A stretch of DNA of 64,000 nt from Balanoglossus misakiensis (taxonomy: Eukaryota; Animalia; Hemichordata): assembly GCA_040954595.2 (NCBI GenBank), contig CM082576.2, positions 14,945,129 through 15,009,128 on the forward strand. The letters run 5' to 3'. Within the stretch, counting starts at the first letter, position 1, and every line of letters begins with the position of its first letter. The notes beneath the pieces were generated by a model. The model was given only the letters and a program-made list of their open reading frames with translations, did no database searches and was not told the DNA's origin. Below are positions 1 to 14,751 of this stretch, one piece after another. Both the position numbers and the translations under genes were made by a program.

Positions 1-1980
1 GACTTTGTCCCTTTAATATAACATATTCCAATTGATTTTATGACTGTAAATCACACAAAGTAAGAGCACCCATTACATTTATCCTATTAAATTTTATAGT
101 GAAGAATAATCTGCCAATTAAAGATTAATATTCACTCATATAATATCTTTACAACCTCACACAATTTTTTTTTAAAGTCTACGGAGGATGTGTTCTTTCA
201 ACTTACAAATGCTCAAGGACCACATACGTATTCTTGTCAAATGCAGACACCTCGCAGATGTCACCTTTTTTCCTGTACAACAATCCTCACAGATCTTTGC
301 AAGGATATTCCTATTGGAACTTCAATATATAATGAAATCTTTGACCTTTAAAATTTGTGCTGTGGGCGCTCAGAAGTAATATCTACTTGTTGCCATGTCA
401 ACCAGCTGGTTTCTTTTGCTTCATACTTAATATAGAGATGGCAAACATACAATGAGGAAGTGTATACCGTATTCAGTTTGAAGGCCAACTTTCAACAGTG
501 GACATGAAGGATGTAATGTTTTAATTCTGTAGATATTGTTTTATGTGCATAAACCACAAAAAGTAAAAAGAAAATATTTTCTGAGTGTTACTATTACTTG
601 TACTGCACATATCTAGTGCTACAGGTGTCTTTGAGTTTGTGTTGGAAACTGTTCAGTACAAGTCCGAATTTAACTGACATACATGTATGTGACACAAATA
701 TTATAACAATTCTGATCAAATAGGAGCACAGTGTCCTTGACACTATTTGGGGGGGGGGGGTAATTACTAGGATGGGATTATACATGTATGACAGATTAAT
801 AATAATATCTCTGTGACACAAGAGTATGGCTTCAGAACCACTGCATCTTGCAAATTAACTAACCGTTTTATCCGATTTCTGGAGATTACTTCTATCGGAT
901 TTCTGGGGATAAAGGCCAAAGTACACTGACTATGCTTACTGCATGAATATTTTCAGTGGTATAGCAGTATTTGTTATACTATAAATGTTCAGAACACAGA
1001 AAGTTACAAATTTCTAATGTCAAAGTTTAATAGCATAAAGAGATGAAGTCTCTCTCTTGCTGCCCTTTTTCCATTAATTGTGTTTTACACAAGACACCGT
1101 TTATTTTTATGAACATGATGTGTATATGTAGTGAATGAGCATTCAACCACACCCAACTTCCATCCCGCTTTATATGATATGAGAGTAAACACTTGCCCAA
1201 AATGAATAAATGGTAAAGACCGATTATTCATTTTGGCGAGTTTTTTCACTGTCTACAAGTGGGATAGAAGGTGTGTGTGTGTTGTATCAAACATAATTAA
1301 TGGAAAAAAAGCAGCGAGATAGAGGCTTTGTCCCATTAAGTGTTTTGGTACGCCATCCCACTGCCGGCGATCCGAAGTGACAGTAACAGCAAACTTTTCC
1401 GCCAACAACTCCACCAGCCCTAAACTGGAACAGGCCACTATTTTAAACTTGGCACTTATATTGGCACCATATGTAATTAATTTATAATTTTATGCAATCA
1501 ATCTCACTGTTATTTGATTGGTTGTTTCATCTCTCTGTTTAAGTGACAAGGAAAAAAACTCATTGAAAGAGCCTTCCATTGTTATATGTATAAAATATTA
1601 CTTTGTCCATGGCAAGAAATTCGTGATTAAAAATATGTTGTCACAATTAAACCTCACTGCAATGGCTACATTCAAGAAGGGGTGTCTCCAAGGTTCTATA
1701 GATACTCCCAAGAGGTTAATTAGCCAATAGAATTATTTTCGTCAACCATAAATGACGTGATTTCGCCAAAATCCCCCCAAAATCTGCATTTGTTGGGCTT
1801 CAAAAATACAATATGAATTGTGGGGGAAAGAACCTTGTATAAACCATAGTAGTAGTATACATACAAACAATGATGGCTTTGTAAATATGGAGTTGGCTCT
1901 GAGTGTTATCGGGTCAATAGTGAGAAAAACAGCCTTGGAGAAGCACACACCCAGCACATTAAATGGACCTTCTTAGTTAA

Positions 1981-2325
1981 AGAGACAAAGTCTCTCTCTC
2001 GCTGCATTTTTCCATTAATTATGTTTGATACAAGACACCATTTATGTTATTCTACATGTGGATATATAGTGAATCAATGTTCAACCACACACAACTTCCA
2101 TTCAGTTTGTTGGATATGAGAGTAACAGTCTCACCAAAATGAATAAATGGTAGAGACCGATTATTCATTTTGGCGATTTTTTCACTCTCATGTCTACAAG
2201 TGGGATGGAAGTTGTGTGTGGTCGAACGTTGATTCATATATATCCACATGCAGAAAAACATAAACGGTGTCTTGTATCAAACATAAATAATGGGAAAAGG
2301 CTAGCGAGAGAGAGACTTTGTCCCT
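1981..2325. mobile_element. Kolobok-like MITE family A (TTAA TSD, AG(G/A)GACAAAG termini)
   Basis: TTAA-agagacaaagtctctctctcgctg ... gcgagagagagactttgtccct-TTAA, with an extra duplicated TIR at 2330-2369. Degenerate copies at 1-16, ~1037-1340 and ~18717-18940. Confidence 0.75.
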
Positions 2326-3747
2326 TTAATGGAAAAGGGGCAGTGAGAGAGAGACTTTGTCCTTTTAAACAGACTGTTTAAATTTCCGTGTGAGCTATGA
2401 AACTACATGAACATTTTGATAACAAGTTGTTTTTGATTGAACATTCATAATTTCCAAAACACCCCTCAGATGCTATAAATATAACTGTTATCAACTTGAT
2501 CCAAAACACAGTGAGAGCTCTCCAAACAATGTTTCAGTATGCTCTTCTAGCCACAGTAGGCAGTCTTAGAAACAGACAGGATGATCCATTCCAATGCGCA
2601 GGATGGGGGAGGAATAGATTTGTCCGTGCTGATTGAATACAAGAAACCATACTGTTTTCTGTGTGAAGTGACTCAGATGGGAAATCATTTGATGAACGTT
2701 AACAATAACATGAGAATGGATTTGTAAATCCCCATCATCTCTTCTTCTAAAGTGATATATTAACATTCGGCTAAGCTTTCGCTGAAATTCACAAACAACC
2801 AGATATTAAATCATGAATAACAGTCAGTGTTGCTTTATAGCATGATGAATGGCCCTCTTCTGATTCAATGACTTCACAATTCACTCACTCAAAGCAATTT
2901 TATTTTCGTATTTCTAGAACTGTACAAGGAACTGAGTTTCACATTACAAACTGGTTTGCTAGCTGTGCGATTTTGACTGTGAAAGAAAACTAAAATACTA
3001 CAGGTAGAATAATCAACAAGCTGTTTTCTGTTGAAGTGACAATGAACGCAATGAATGTTCAGAATTTGATATTCGTTATTGCGCGCATGCATCTGAAGTT
3101 TGAGCTCGTTCAGAGTTTGTTAAAAGATTGTAACACGTCAGTTGCAGTTGTGGTCGTAAACATGTCATTAAAACTTAATGATGTAACAGCTGTGAACAGC
3201 CAAGACTTGTTTACAAGAATGCATCTTTTTTAACAATAGATGACGTTCCACTCATTGTTAGATCTCACGAGACTAGTTTTATTATTACCGTAACAACGGA
3301 TTGCTAGCCAAGTAATACGATGTTGTCACGCTTTGTTTGAATAAAAATTGTAACTTTTGTGCTGTTTAACTCAATGGGCCATGTGTTGTGTTTGTTCTGA
3401 TTCACATGCGAATGTCCTGCCGTATCAAAACTGCCTATAGCCATGCAAGGTCTCACAGGGTCTCATGGAATTCAGAAAATGGTCTATATTTAACTGAGTG
3501 CCATCTGTTTTAATGATTTAAACTCCAAGAATTTGGATATTATATTTTATGATTACAGTCTGCAACAGTCTCCTTGACATCAATTTTTATGTGACCAGCA
3601 AGTTAATAATAATTTATGTGACATTAAAGTTTAATATTGCTGGTGTACTCGTGTACCTTCTCCACGAAAACACAGCACAGTTTCTACTAAATTTCACCAT
3701 GAAAATCAATTTAAAACTGTATGTATGTGTGTATGTATGTATGTATG

Positions 3748-3959
3748 TACTGTAAAAAAGTTTATTTTCACGAGTTGAAATTTTCACGATATCGAGAGAG
3801 GCCACTGTTTCGCGAGTATTAATATTTATGTTCTCTTATTTCATTCACTGCATTGTTATCTTCAAAAAAAATTGCGTGACTTTTTATTTTCACGCTATTT
3901 TGGCTCTCGCATATTTCGCGAAAAATTTATTGCTTGCGAAAATAAAGTGTTTTACAGTA
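3748..3959. mobile_element. ~210-bp TA-flanked MITE family (TACTGTAAA...TTTACAGTA)
   Basis: Dispersed copies at ~6618-6783, 7998-8206, 12479-12686, 16343-16515, 33957-34174, 35921-36132 and 63960-end, all with TTTCGCGA-type internal palindromes. Confidence 0.75.
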
Positions 3960-4593
3960 TGTATGTATGTATGTATGCACAGTGTTGTGACACTATTTTT
4001 GATATGGACAATTTTATTTTTGATTTGTAAAATCTTCGTTTTTCTCCATTTTCTTTGAAAGTCTGTTTATACACTCTGGTGGCAAACATCGAATTTCATT
4101 ATTATTAAGGCGCCTGTATTGGTTAATGTAAAAGAGCAAGCAAGAAGCAGTTCTTAAATATTTGAAAAGTGACCACGAGGCAAGATATATTTACACAAGT
4201 CTGCACCCCTATACAATATTGTTATTTGTATAGTGTCCAGAAGGCTAATGGTCTTTTCTAGGATTGAAATGAAAGAAATGACGGCGGCATAAATCAAAGA
4301 AGCATTGCTATCAATAATTTAGATGAACACGTATCTTCCGTATCAAATATCTTAGACGATTCAATTGGCATTTATTTCTTCTACTGCTGACTCTACACGA
4401 CAACATTTCAAGGGACAAAATCTTGTATATCTTCGACGTTATTTTGTTTACTTTTGAAAATGTTAATATTTTCATTTTGTTCGTTGAAATATACTGACTC
4501 TGACAGATTCTTGAGTGTTACTCTCATCCTGGGCTTAGCCATCCTGCCATTAAAGTGTGTACTCCAGTGATTTACCAAAAAAAACCTATTTAA

Positions 4594-4957
4594 AGGGACA
4601 AAGTCTCTCTCTCGCTGCCCTTTTTCCATTAATCATGTTTGATACAATACACTGTTTATGTTAATGCACATGTGTATATTTATTGAATGAACGTTCGACC
4701 ACTCACAACTTCCATCCCGCTTGTATGATATAGGAGTAAAAAACTTGCCCAAAATGAATAAATGGTAGAGACCTATTATTCATTTTGGCAAGATTTTTCA
4801 CTCTCGTGTCTACTAGCGGGATGGTAAGTGTGTGTGGTGAATGTTCATTCACTATATATTCACATGTACATTAACATGGACGGTGTCTTGTATCAAACGT
4901 AATACAAATCAAATGTAATGGAAAACGGGCAGCGAGAGAGAGACTAAAATCGTCCCT
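4594..4957. mobile_element. Kolobok-like MITE family A copy
   Basis: TTAA-agggacaaagtctctctctcgctgccc left end, inverted right end, and the same internal inverted repeat (ccacacacaacttccatccc-like). Confidence 0.75.
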
Positions 4958-5884
4958 TTATAAAGGCAGCCAGAATTGATATTCATGTCAAACAGTAAAT
5001 TAAAATGTCTTCTGTGGTTTCATATGCCATTCATTTCCATTGATTCCTCAGGTGAAGAAGGAAGCCAGGCAAAAGATCATCCCACATTCAAGAAGCCATC
5101 TGATATGTAACCAAGGCAATTTTTACAAGAAACTTCATCTGCCTGATGTATATGCAGCAGTCCTTCAGAAGTAAAGCTCAAACCTTTGATATGTTATCAC
5201 ATGTACAAGGTAGGTTAGAAAAACTGCTTGTAATTATAAGACATTTTTTTAATAGTGAAGCAGATTTGAAATTTCTGCCATCATTTGCAAGACCACATCA
5301 CATCAGCATTAAACCTTGTTTCCATATGAATATTTAACGTCATAAAGAATATGCAAATACATAATTGCAAACAACACCATTACATTTTCAGCACATTATA
5401 TTTTACCATCTGTATTTACTACTAGTACATGTCTATCACCTATACAAAAAAATATGAACTAATGAATGCTGCTAATTAAAGGGACATTAGCTGTAACTTT
5501 CACCTTTATTTCCAGTTTATTGGTTTTGTATGTGTATCAAATGCAATTTCTTGCTCTATGCCAAACATCATGCTGATATACCCAATATACTCCACTTGTC
5601 AACATATCTTGTATGTGTGCAATGACCATTGTTATCGTTTACAAATGAATTCTAGTCCGGACTTGAATTCAAATTTTGCACAATAACAATGCCGACTATA
5701 TACATATATGTTGTGATAATAAGCAAAATGCTGGGCGTTTCATCATATTTCTCGAATTTGATCAAAAATCTGCAGTAGATACACAGAACAAAAACCGTGA
5801 AATCATTTGACAACTCTAGACAATTCCACCGAACCAGGAACACTGTTGTTGCATGTCTTTCACTGCATGCAGAGTTAATAGTGG

Positions 5885-6072
5885 TACAGTAAAACCTGTG
5901 TAAACCAAATTGCAAAGGGACTAAAGAAACTGTTCGGTTTTCAGAGGTATCCTGTTTTAATATAGAGGTTATTTCAACATGTGGTTCTATGTCAAAAGGC
6001 GCAGAAAAATGTGTTCGGTATAGACAGGTTTCCAGATTAGACAGGGTTCGGTTTAGACAGGTTTTACTGTAT
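5885..6072. mobile_element. pogo/Tigger-like MITE (TA-CAGTAAAACCTGT...ACAGGTTTTACTG-TA)
   Basis: TIRs with TA TSD. Related copies at ~37015-37153, 50956-51112 and 59660-59843, with partials at 29198-29282 and 37650-37730. Confidence 0.75.
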
Positions 6073-6269
6073 ACATTTAAACATCAGTGGAAAATGCAGA
6101 TTGTGTAACCATGCATGCATTGATCTAAAGACATACAATGTATGTCTTTCATATTGACAAAACCTGGCACAAGTCATTAGAAATTTTGTAATCCTGTCTA
6201 CAGTGAAACTCATTATTTAAAGATTGTCCGACAAACATGACTGGTATGATAAATAGATTCATTTCTTAC

Positions 6270-6338
6270 CTTTGGCACTCTTGCATATCTGCCAGTCCTT
6301 GTGTCTCGAACTGCAGACAACTCCAAACAATACACTTC
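6270..6338 (-). CDS. PLCB: PLC-beta coding exon 3 (PH domain)
   Basis: cag|EVYCLELSAVRDTRTGRYARVPK|gtaag; 69 nt, phase 0/0. Matches the PLC-beta 'D.R.G..A..PK' motif. Exon 4 was not found in 1-6269, so it presumably lies outside the window. Confidence 0.88.
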
Positions 6339-8539
6339 CTGTTATCAAAGAAAGTGGTAACAGATAGTGATTAAATATCCCACTAATGCACCATCTAACA
6401 TTGCAGAAATGACGCACACATAGAAGTAAAAAATACCTTCAGGGTTTTATCTGCATGAGTTGCACTGAAGTTCGACTTTTCTCAAACGGTGGGTGCATAT
6501 AATTCAAACGAGTAAAACGTCTTGCACGACTACATGATTAGGCATTGTTTGTAAAACTTAAAGTCCACCAAACATTACTAGCCTAAGGGTTTATTCTTAT
6601 CAACAAATACAAAAGGATACTGTAAAACACTTTATTTTCGCGAAATACGCAAAAGCCAAAATAGCGTGAAAATAAGAAGTCGCGTAAATTTTTTTTGAAG
6701 ATAGCGATGCAGTGAATGAAATAAGAGAAACAGTGGCCTCTCTCGATATCGCAAAAATTTCGACTCACGAAAATAATACAGTATATTACCCTTGGTAATA
6801 GATTTTAGAAAACTGATTGAGGTTTTTGAAATAAAGAACGCATTTTGCAGTCCTGAGTAAAGATTAATACACTGAATGTTCCTGCATCTTTTGTATGTGA
6901 ATGCAAAAAAAGGTCCTCAGGTTGGATTTAGTCTCCATTGCCAAAGTACAGTGACCAATGCAGTTTTTACCTGAAATATCTTTCATATCAGTAAAACATG
7001 ATAACTTAGATTTAAACTCATACAAGTGCATATAAAAATGTCCCTGAAGTGTTGACAGCAAATGACTTATTAATCCAACCTTTCAGATCTTTAAAGGATG
7101 CAGACAAAAGTGATTTAATAATGGTGGACCAGGTGCACATTAGGCTATGAGTCAATTATGAAGTTGTTATTATGGCTGCTGATGTTCATCTCTTCTTAAA
7201 GGCAGACTATAGTCGACCTGTGTCTCCCACTGTCCCCAAAGCAGTTGATAAGTAGATTATGAACGGAGGATAAGTAGATTATGATCACTGAGATGTATTG
7301 TCGAGATGAAATTTCCACAGCTAAATGGTGTGTGATTGTCAACAACAATGTGCAATTGGAAATGTGCATTTATTTTGTGGATATAGCTTCACATAAATGA
7401 TTTGTACCTTTTGCTTTATATAACACATTTTTAATTGAAAATGTCTTGGCCAAAGAAATTTATGAATTTTATTCCTGTTTTATCAAAACTACCATTACTG
7501 GAAGTTTTTGTTTCATTTCTGGTATTATGAAAATTTATCATGAGTGTCACACCATATTACTATGAAAGTCATTTTAATAAAACAATCTCAAACTTATGTG
7601 TACTGTAAGCAAAACTATATCTCAGAAATAGACAAATAAGTTTTTTACAGTCACAATTGCCAATCATAGCTTTAAAGGAGGTTTTTATTTTAGTTTGTTT
7701 ATTATTGCAATAGTCCTACCCTGGCAGCAATGCTAAGAAATTTAGACAAATTCTGAGATAGTTGTCAAATTTGATGGACTTCTACTTATCCATTTATTAG
7801 ACACCATGTGCCACAGGCATAAAGGTGTTCTATGTCAGCATTTAGTCTGTCTGTGTCTGTATCTGTGTCTGTCTGCATGGTGTATGTACAAGGAATATGT
7901 TCCACTTGAACACCATCTCGCCAACTTGGTTCATATATCATACAGGGGAATTCAGATGTAGAGTTTGGTGGGTGTGGCTTTCACAATTTAGATGATATAC
8001 TGTAAAACGGGAAATTTTCGCGACAGGAAATTTTCACGATATCAAAAGTGGCAACTGTTATGCGACGATTAACTTTTGCATTCTCGTATTTCACTGCATT
8101 GTTATCTCTGAAAAACATTTATAAGCAACTTTCAACATTTGCGTTTTTTTGGTTTTTGCGTAGTTCGCGAAAAAATGTCATTCGCGAAAATTTCCCATTT
8201 TACAGTAGATAATTCAGTATCTTGTGCCTTGGGGAAATCTCAAGAACTACTCAAACAAATTGGACATAACTATACACAAATATTTAGCTCCCATTTGGTA
8301 TTACATATTATTGCCTGAAAACATGGGTTTATGAGCCCAAGCGCAGGGGACATTTGCTAGACGAAGTAGGACAAATGGTCTCCTGTCTAAGGGCCCATAC
8401 ACAATGTATTCAGGTAAAAAAAATATTACATGCCTCGTCAGACAAAGTTTCATCGGACTGGATTGCCATGGCAACATAACTTTCTTGTATATCAAAGGGA
8501 GCTTATAGCATCAGTCAGTATCTTGCATCTGTCTGTCTG

Positions 8540-8817
8540 CATGTATGTATGTATATATGTAATATGTATTTAATATGTATGTTGTATGTATGTATGTATG
8601 TATGTGTGTGTGTGTATGTATGTATGTATGTATGTATGTATGTATGTATGTATGTATGTGTGTGTGTGTATGTATGTATGTATGTATGTATGTATGTATG
8701 TATGTATGTATGTGTGTGTGTCTGTGTGTGTGTGATGTATGTATGTATGTATGTATGTATGTATGTACAGTATGTATGTATGTATGTATGTATGTATGTA
8801 CAGTATGTATGTATGTA
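8540..8817. repeat. (TATG)n/(TG)n microsatellite
   Basis: Direct inspection. Confidence 0.95.
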
Positions 8818-9873
8818 CTTGAAATAAGTGAACGTTGGGAAGCTCGTAAAACTGAGTGACTATGAACATGTCTCAAAAACAATTTGATGTTATTTATGGC
8901 TGGAATTGGAACCCAAATCTGGAAATTTTTATTGGAGGGAAAACTGCCAGCATCACTAATGAAGAAAAATGGTTCAATCAAACTTGAGATACTTATGTCA
9001 GCAATAAGATTAAAAGTAGAAAGATGACATTAAATGTTTATCATGGCTGGGTATACTATTAGTGTACATGTACAAGGAAAGTTATGTTTTGTCTATTTAG
9101 TGATAAAGTAAGAGCTCAATCTGTTTCACTTTGGTGTGATATCAGTTACCTAATGGTTTTTATTATGGTAACATTAATCACGGTTAATGTAGACAAATCT
9201 TGTGTTGTCATGGTAACTGTACAAAACGTCAGAATATGCTGTCATGGTATTAAGTCTAATATAAAGTCCATCCTCTCAATAGCTTTTATGGTTGCAAGAA
9301 ATGCACTGTAAGGATGCATTGCCGTTCTTTCAAAGTGACATAATGCATTACAGCCAGACACATTTTTAAAAAAAATACAGCTTGGAATCAACATTTCTGT
9401 GTTTTTCGAACTTTGAATTTTTGGCAACCATGTGCCGAAGGCATACCAGGGGATCAATTTCATTACTCTGTGTCAGTCTGTCCATCTGTCTGTCTGCCTG
9501 CCTGCCTGCCTGTCTGTCTGTCCCTGTCTACAAACAATTCAGGACTCATAAATTTTAAACAAATTGACCAAATGCAGTTAGTCTAAAATGTGGAATATTG
9601 GGTGATGATCTAGACCAAGAATTGATTATTTGGTGAGCTATTTGCATAATTAGTGAAACTAAAATTGATTTTGCTAATGGGTTGAACAATCAGAAATATT
9701 ATGTATAGCCTCATATCTTATGTCTTATGAATATCATGTCTTATGAATAATGAAATACTGAATGAAACAGTTTTTGGTGTTTAATAAAACCAAAGTGTAC
9801 AATGTATGATTGATAAACTCCTCATCAACATCCAAAATCACAGATAGAAACAGCACATAGGAAATTCACTTAC

Positions 9874-9951
9874 CTTGTTCTGATTTCTCCAATACAGGAA
9901 ATGACCCTTTGGATCCACACGCAACGTCACAGGAACACCAACAGCCGAATC
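9874..9951 (-). CDS. PLCB: PLC-beta coding exon 2 (PH domain)
   Basis: aag|DSAVGVPVTLRVDPKGHFLYWRNQNK|gtaagt; 78 nt, phase 0/0. Matches the PLC-beta PH domain (PLCB1 [26 protein letters not shown]). Confidence 0.9.
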
Positions 9952-12900
9952 CTTGAAAATAAAGGAAGATTTAAAATATATAACTGCAGTTTTCATTTGA
10001 AAATTTCTATATTTTAAAGCTGCACAAAACTTTAACTTGGATTAGCTGTCGAATATCTTTGCAGGGGTAATAGTGTGCAATTGTCTGTTATGTACATGTA
10101 TAATACAACTATTCAAATGGAAGCGTGGTGTCATTTGACGCTATTTTTTTCTACTGTCTCTAATTAGCCATAGCTTAAACCTTTCATTGTATGTATCTTT
10201 TTTGTATTCTATTCACTCCTTTTGCTTTGTTCCATTTGTAAGTATAACATGTCCTCTGAGGGTTTAATACAAGTACCATTGCAATAGTAAATGAGACAAT
10301 TTCAAGGAATTACATTAAAGAGACAGAAACTAATAGGAAGGTTTGTTTCTGGGTGACCGGTCTCTGTTTGTTGATCAACTTCAATTCCCTACAGCAATGC
10401 CTTCAGTGAAGGAATAAAGGTTGACATATGCTGACCGGCATGTACAACATTTATTTACAGGCAAGGGCAAAAGGAAAAGCCTGAAACCATGCATGCGACC
10501 ACACCCAAGTTAGCTAAATGTCAAGAGTGACTCTTAATTAACATCAATAATTGCACACAGGCAGGAATTTATGTAACCATGTTAAAAAATGCTGTTTAAG
10601 TCAGTTGTAATTTTATCCTTGTGAAAAAGAGGAAATGTTGTCAGATGATAGCTAAGCCCCAACAACTGTAGCTCATGAGAGTCACTTTTAATGACATTGT
10701 CCATGACGAGATATAACAACATCATTCAGTTAGTAATCCCACTCTAAGCATTGTATATTAGATATATAACTTTGGCTATGTGTATGAAATAGGGTACAAC
10801 TGCAGGATGATTTATGATTTGGTTTCTAAGTCACCGCTTCAATGTTCAGTATCAGTATCAGTATCTTTAAAAGTAGAATTCAAATAATTTTCATCAAAAA
10901 TTATTGTCACCGGTGTCAGACCAGTTTTTTCCCTCAGAATATAATCCTTCTCAATCGTCAGAAACCTTCCTCCAGGATTTTGGATGATTCACACACGCAT
11001 CATGTTACGTACAATGATCTGTATATACGTCGTGGGTGGGGTGTGGTGGTCATAACATTTAATCATTGTAAGATATTCCTGTTATGAATTCATCTAGCAT
11101 GACAGTTGGGAAAGTAGAAGTACCGAGTGTTGTTGTTTACAAACAAATTTTATATAAAAAATAGAGAAATCCTGCTAAAAAACTAACTTCATGTAGAAAA
11201 CGTAAAATTTCATTGTATATACTTTTGATTTCCAATTGCTAGCATATGCAACATATATCCCTGAAGACGTCCTGAATTTAAATATTCACCTTGTAAAAGT
11301 ATATGTTGCTGTCTGGTTGGCTCTTGACTATCATAAACATTTAAGTCTATCATTTATACATCTCAAATTTCTGTTGAGTTCTGCAACATAATCTCTTATA
11401 GTCATAAGCACGACACTAAGTATTATATTTTCAAGTGTGATGTGTAATGTATTGAATTCAAGGCCTATTTTCACAGTATTTCAGTCAGTCTGTGAATCTG
11501 CAATGTCTCTGTTGGCAGTGGTTATAATGTTAGTTTGTTCAGTAGTCACCTGCAGTTTGCTTCAGTCTCTAAATCAAAATCAACTCCAGTGACGTGGGTA
11601 CAAATGTATGTTGTATGGCAGCCTGCACGAAGGCATGGTTGAAAATTGGAGAGAGTACGATACAAACGCCTATCAATGACAATTACATATATGTACAGGC
11701 TCTACATGAGAAGCTTACCATGCAACATAGAGCAAGTATTGTCAATACAGTACAAAAACACTGATAAATTTTGCTTCGCTGTCTAGATGAGTAATTGGTG
11801 TGTATCATTGTACTGAACAATGATGACTTCATTGTCTCCAAAATGACGACAGTTAATTACATTTTTGGATTGGGGTTAAGATCCTGCATATGTTATAAAC
11901 AATTATAGCAACCAAATAGGTGCACAAAATGTAGAACTTATAAAATAATTAATACTTTGTAATGATGCAGGATGTGTTCATTTGCCTTGAAATGAAAAGC
12001 TGTACATCTTATAATTAATTGGCATGAGATGTTGTTGCCTGAAGCTCATTCAACCCATCAGATGATACTGTGAACTAAGAGTCTTTAGACCCCTGGCCGG
12101 GAACTGCTTGTTTTACTGATGTGCATACAGCATACAGCGCCATTTAAGTATGCTAGTAATTACACGTTCACTTCTGAATCAGACTGTTTACCATTTGCAC
12201 CAGCCATTGCAATACAAATGTTTCTCTTGATCATGGATGTTGTAGGCATGCATACGTCAACACAAGGTTGTTTACATACAGTGCTGAGGAGGAATTACCT
12301 GACAAATGCACTGAATCTCTCTGACGTACCAAAGATGTGTCAATTCAGTTTAATCGATAAACTGAAACTAATTACCTTTCAATACCAAACATATGAAAAA
12401 TAGCCAACGGGTTTTCAGTCATAGCTCTCAAAGTTTAATCTTTCGGTTAAGCTTGAATTTTGAGACTTACTGACATGATACTGTAAAACGGGTTATTTTC
12501 GCGACAGGAAATTTTTGCGATATCAAAGGAGGCAACTGTTACGCAAGAATTAATTTTCGCATTCTCTTATTTTTCCTGGATAGTTATCTCCAAAAAACAT
12601 TTTATGCGACTTTTTAACATTTGTTTTTGGCTCTCACGTATTTTGCGAAAAATTTATTGCTCGCTAAAATAACCCGTTTTACAGTACTTCTGAGTTGGAG
12701 ACAGATGCATTTCATCTTCTGAAGACAACCTTTCAAATCGAGAAAGCAGGGTAGGTCATTATAATCAACAAATGAGTGCCACGTACTGCACTGCAGTGTC
12801 ACATTACGCTCTACACGTGAACATCTCTCTTTGTGGACCAACAGTGAAAAGCATAATGCAGTTAGCATAATTCAAACGTGTCAAATCCCCCAATTAAAGG

Positions 12901-13467
12901 CACAGTTGTTGTAAGTGCAATGGGTCACCATTGTCTGCATCAAAGCTGGATTAACATTTCCAGGTCCACGTTTTTTCATTAATTCTAGAAAGTGGATCAG
13001 TATGCCTGCGAAACTATGGTAACATCTGGCATACGTTGTTTTAGCCAATTGACCTTTGACCTATTCTTGCATAATATTAACATATTTTACCATTTGTGTT
13101 TTCTGTATCCTAATTGAGTTTGGGGGAAGAATGACACCTGGATTGGAAGAAGAAAATGTCAGAAGGGAATTTCTATTGAAGTTATTAAGAAAAGGGTTGT
13201 GGAAGCTTATAGCTGAAGGAACCTGAATTTCAGTTTGTTGCATGATGCCAAAAAGTAATTGTAAATCGATCCTAGACACTAATAAGTGTGAAGCAACTTG
13301 TTTCCAACATGTTGATTGGATAAAGACGAAAGATCCATATACCTCTCATTTGATGTTCTCTGGCTTCCCAGAGTTCCTTCCCAGTGATACTGACTGATAT
13401 TGTTAGCCCGAACTACTGAACTACGTGTAGGTCAAAATAATTTTAAATCCCATAATTGATACTGCAT

Positions 13468-13536
<69 letters not shown>

Positions 13537-13572
13537 CGATGATGATGATGATGACGATGATGATGATGATGA
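13468..13572. repeat. (GAT)n microsatellite
   Basis: Direct inspection; a shorter (GAT)/(GAC) tract lies at 17732-17770. Confidence 0.95.
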
Positions 13573-14616
13573 GTGAATTGTTGCCTCAAAATATGCTTTT
13601 CTTCTAGCCCACAAGATATGCTAAGCTCCCATTCCACTTTCAGACATATGTCACAATCCATTAACAACGATTCAAGATGGCCATATTGCATTTGTCATCA
13701 TATTCTTGTTTCTTGGACCAGGTACTTTGCTCACCTTGAATAATTAATTTATCACTGGACCTATTCTGACATAATATTGAGACTACAAAACAAACCAATC
13801 AGATGTCTAGATTTCGAGAAACCTTGTGACTGTGCCAGCTTATGTATTAAAAATGGAGTAGGAATTTTGAATCATATGTCGAGAGACAGAAGTAGCCAGA
13901 ACCCTACAAGCAATCTTTGCTGATTGCCATGGCAACAGGCAATTGCATACACTTGACGACAGATTTTGTATCTTAGCTTCTTCGCAACACTATATTTCAA
14001 TGCCACAAGTTTACCATATGATTAGGAGGAAATGTCACATCGAGATATTCTTTATTTCATTCTGCAGACTGTTTTAAAAACTATAGCTTCAAGTATACTT
14101 TAATAGACCAGTATTCAGAAATTCTTAAATGTACCATTCTTTGCACTGAGTCGATTAAAATCTAAGTGAACTTGAACTAATGATATCTAATAAATAATAT
14201 AATTGTGCCAATATTTATCCCTTTCACCACAATGGTTTGGTCTAAACCCATTGTCTTCTATGGTAAGGTCAGACCTCTATAGAGGGAACTGGGGGTGAAA
14301 GGGTTAACTGATCAGCAGGCGTAGACTTGCCTGGGGAACATACAAACTGAGAAACTCACTAAGATATTGTTGAAAAGCGAATTCAGCTTTGATAGCTGTC
14401 ATATTCTATTTGATAGTATATTATCCATTGTTATCCAGGAAATGACTATTTTAAGTGAGTACCTCTCAATGAGACCTTGATGAGAAAACAGCAAATGTCA
14501 TTATGAGAAATACTGCACACATGCATTATGTAAGGAAAAAGGTGTGATACATAAAATATTACTAGTCATTGACTGAATGACTGAACGTGGCAGACTGAAT
14601 GACAATATGAATACAT

Positions 14617-14751
14617 CTCCATCTCTCTCTCTCCCTCCTCTCTCCCTCTACCCCCCCTCTCAGAGTCTCTCTCTCCCTCTCTCTCCCGCTCTCCCCCCCC
14701 TCTCTCTCCCTCTCTCTCCTCTCTCTCCCCCCCCCCCCTCTCTCTCTCTCT
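14617..14751. repeat. CT-rich polypyrimidine tract
   Basis: Direct inspection. Confidence 0.9.

Noticed and set aside
8511-8981. ORFs with YIHT/MYVC repeats
   Set aside because: They are translations of the (TATG)n microsatellite.
13432-13691. Poly-Ser and poly-His ORFs
   Set aside because: They come from the (GAT)n microsatellite in a PLC-beta intron.
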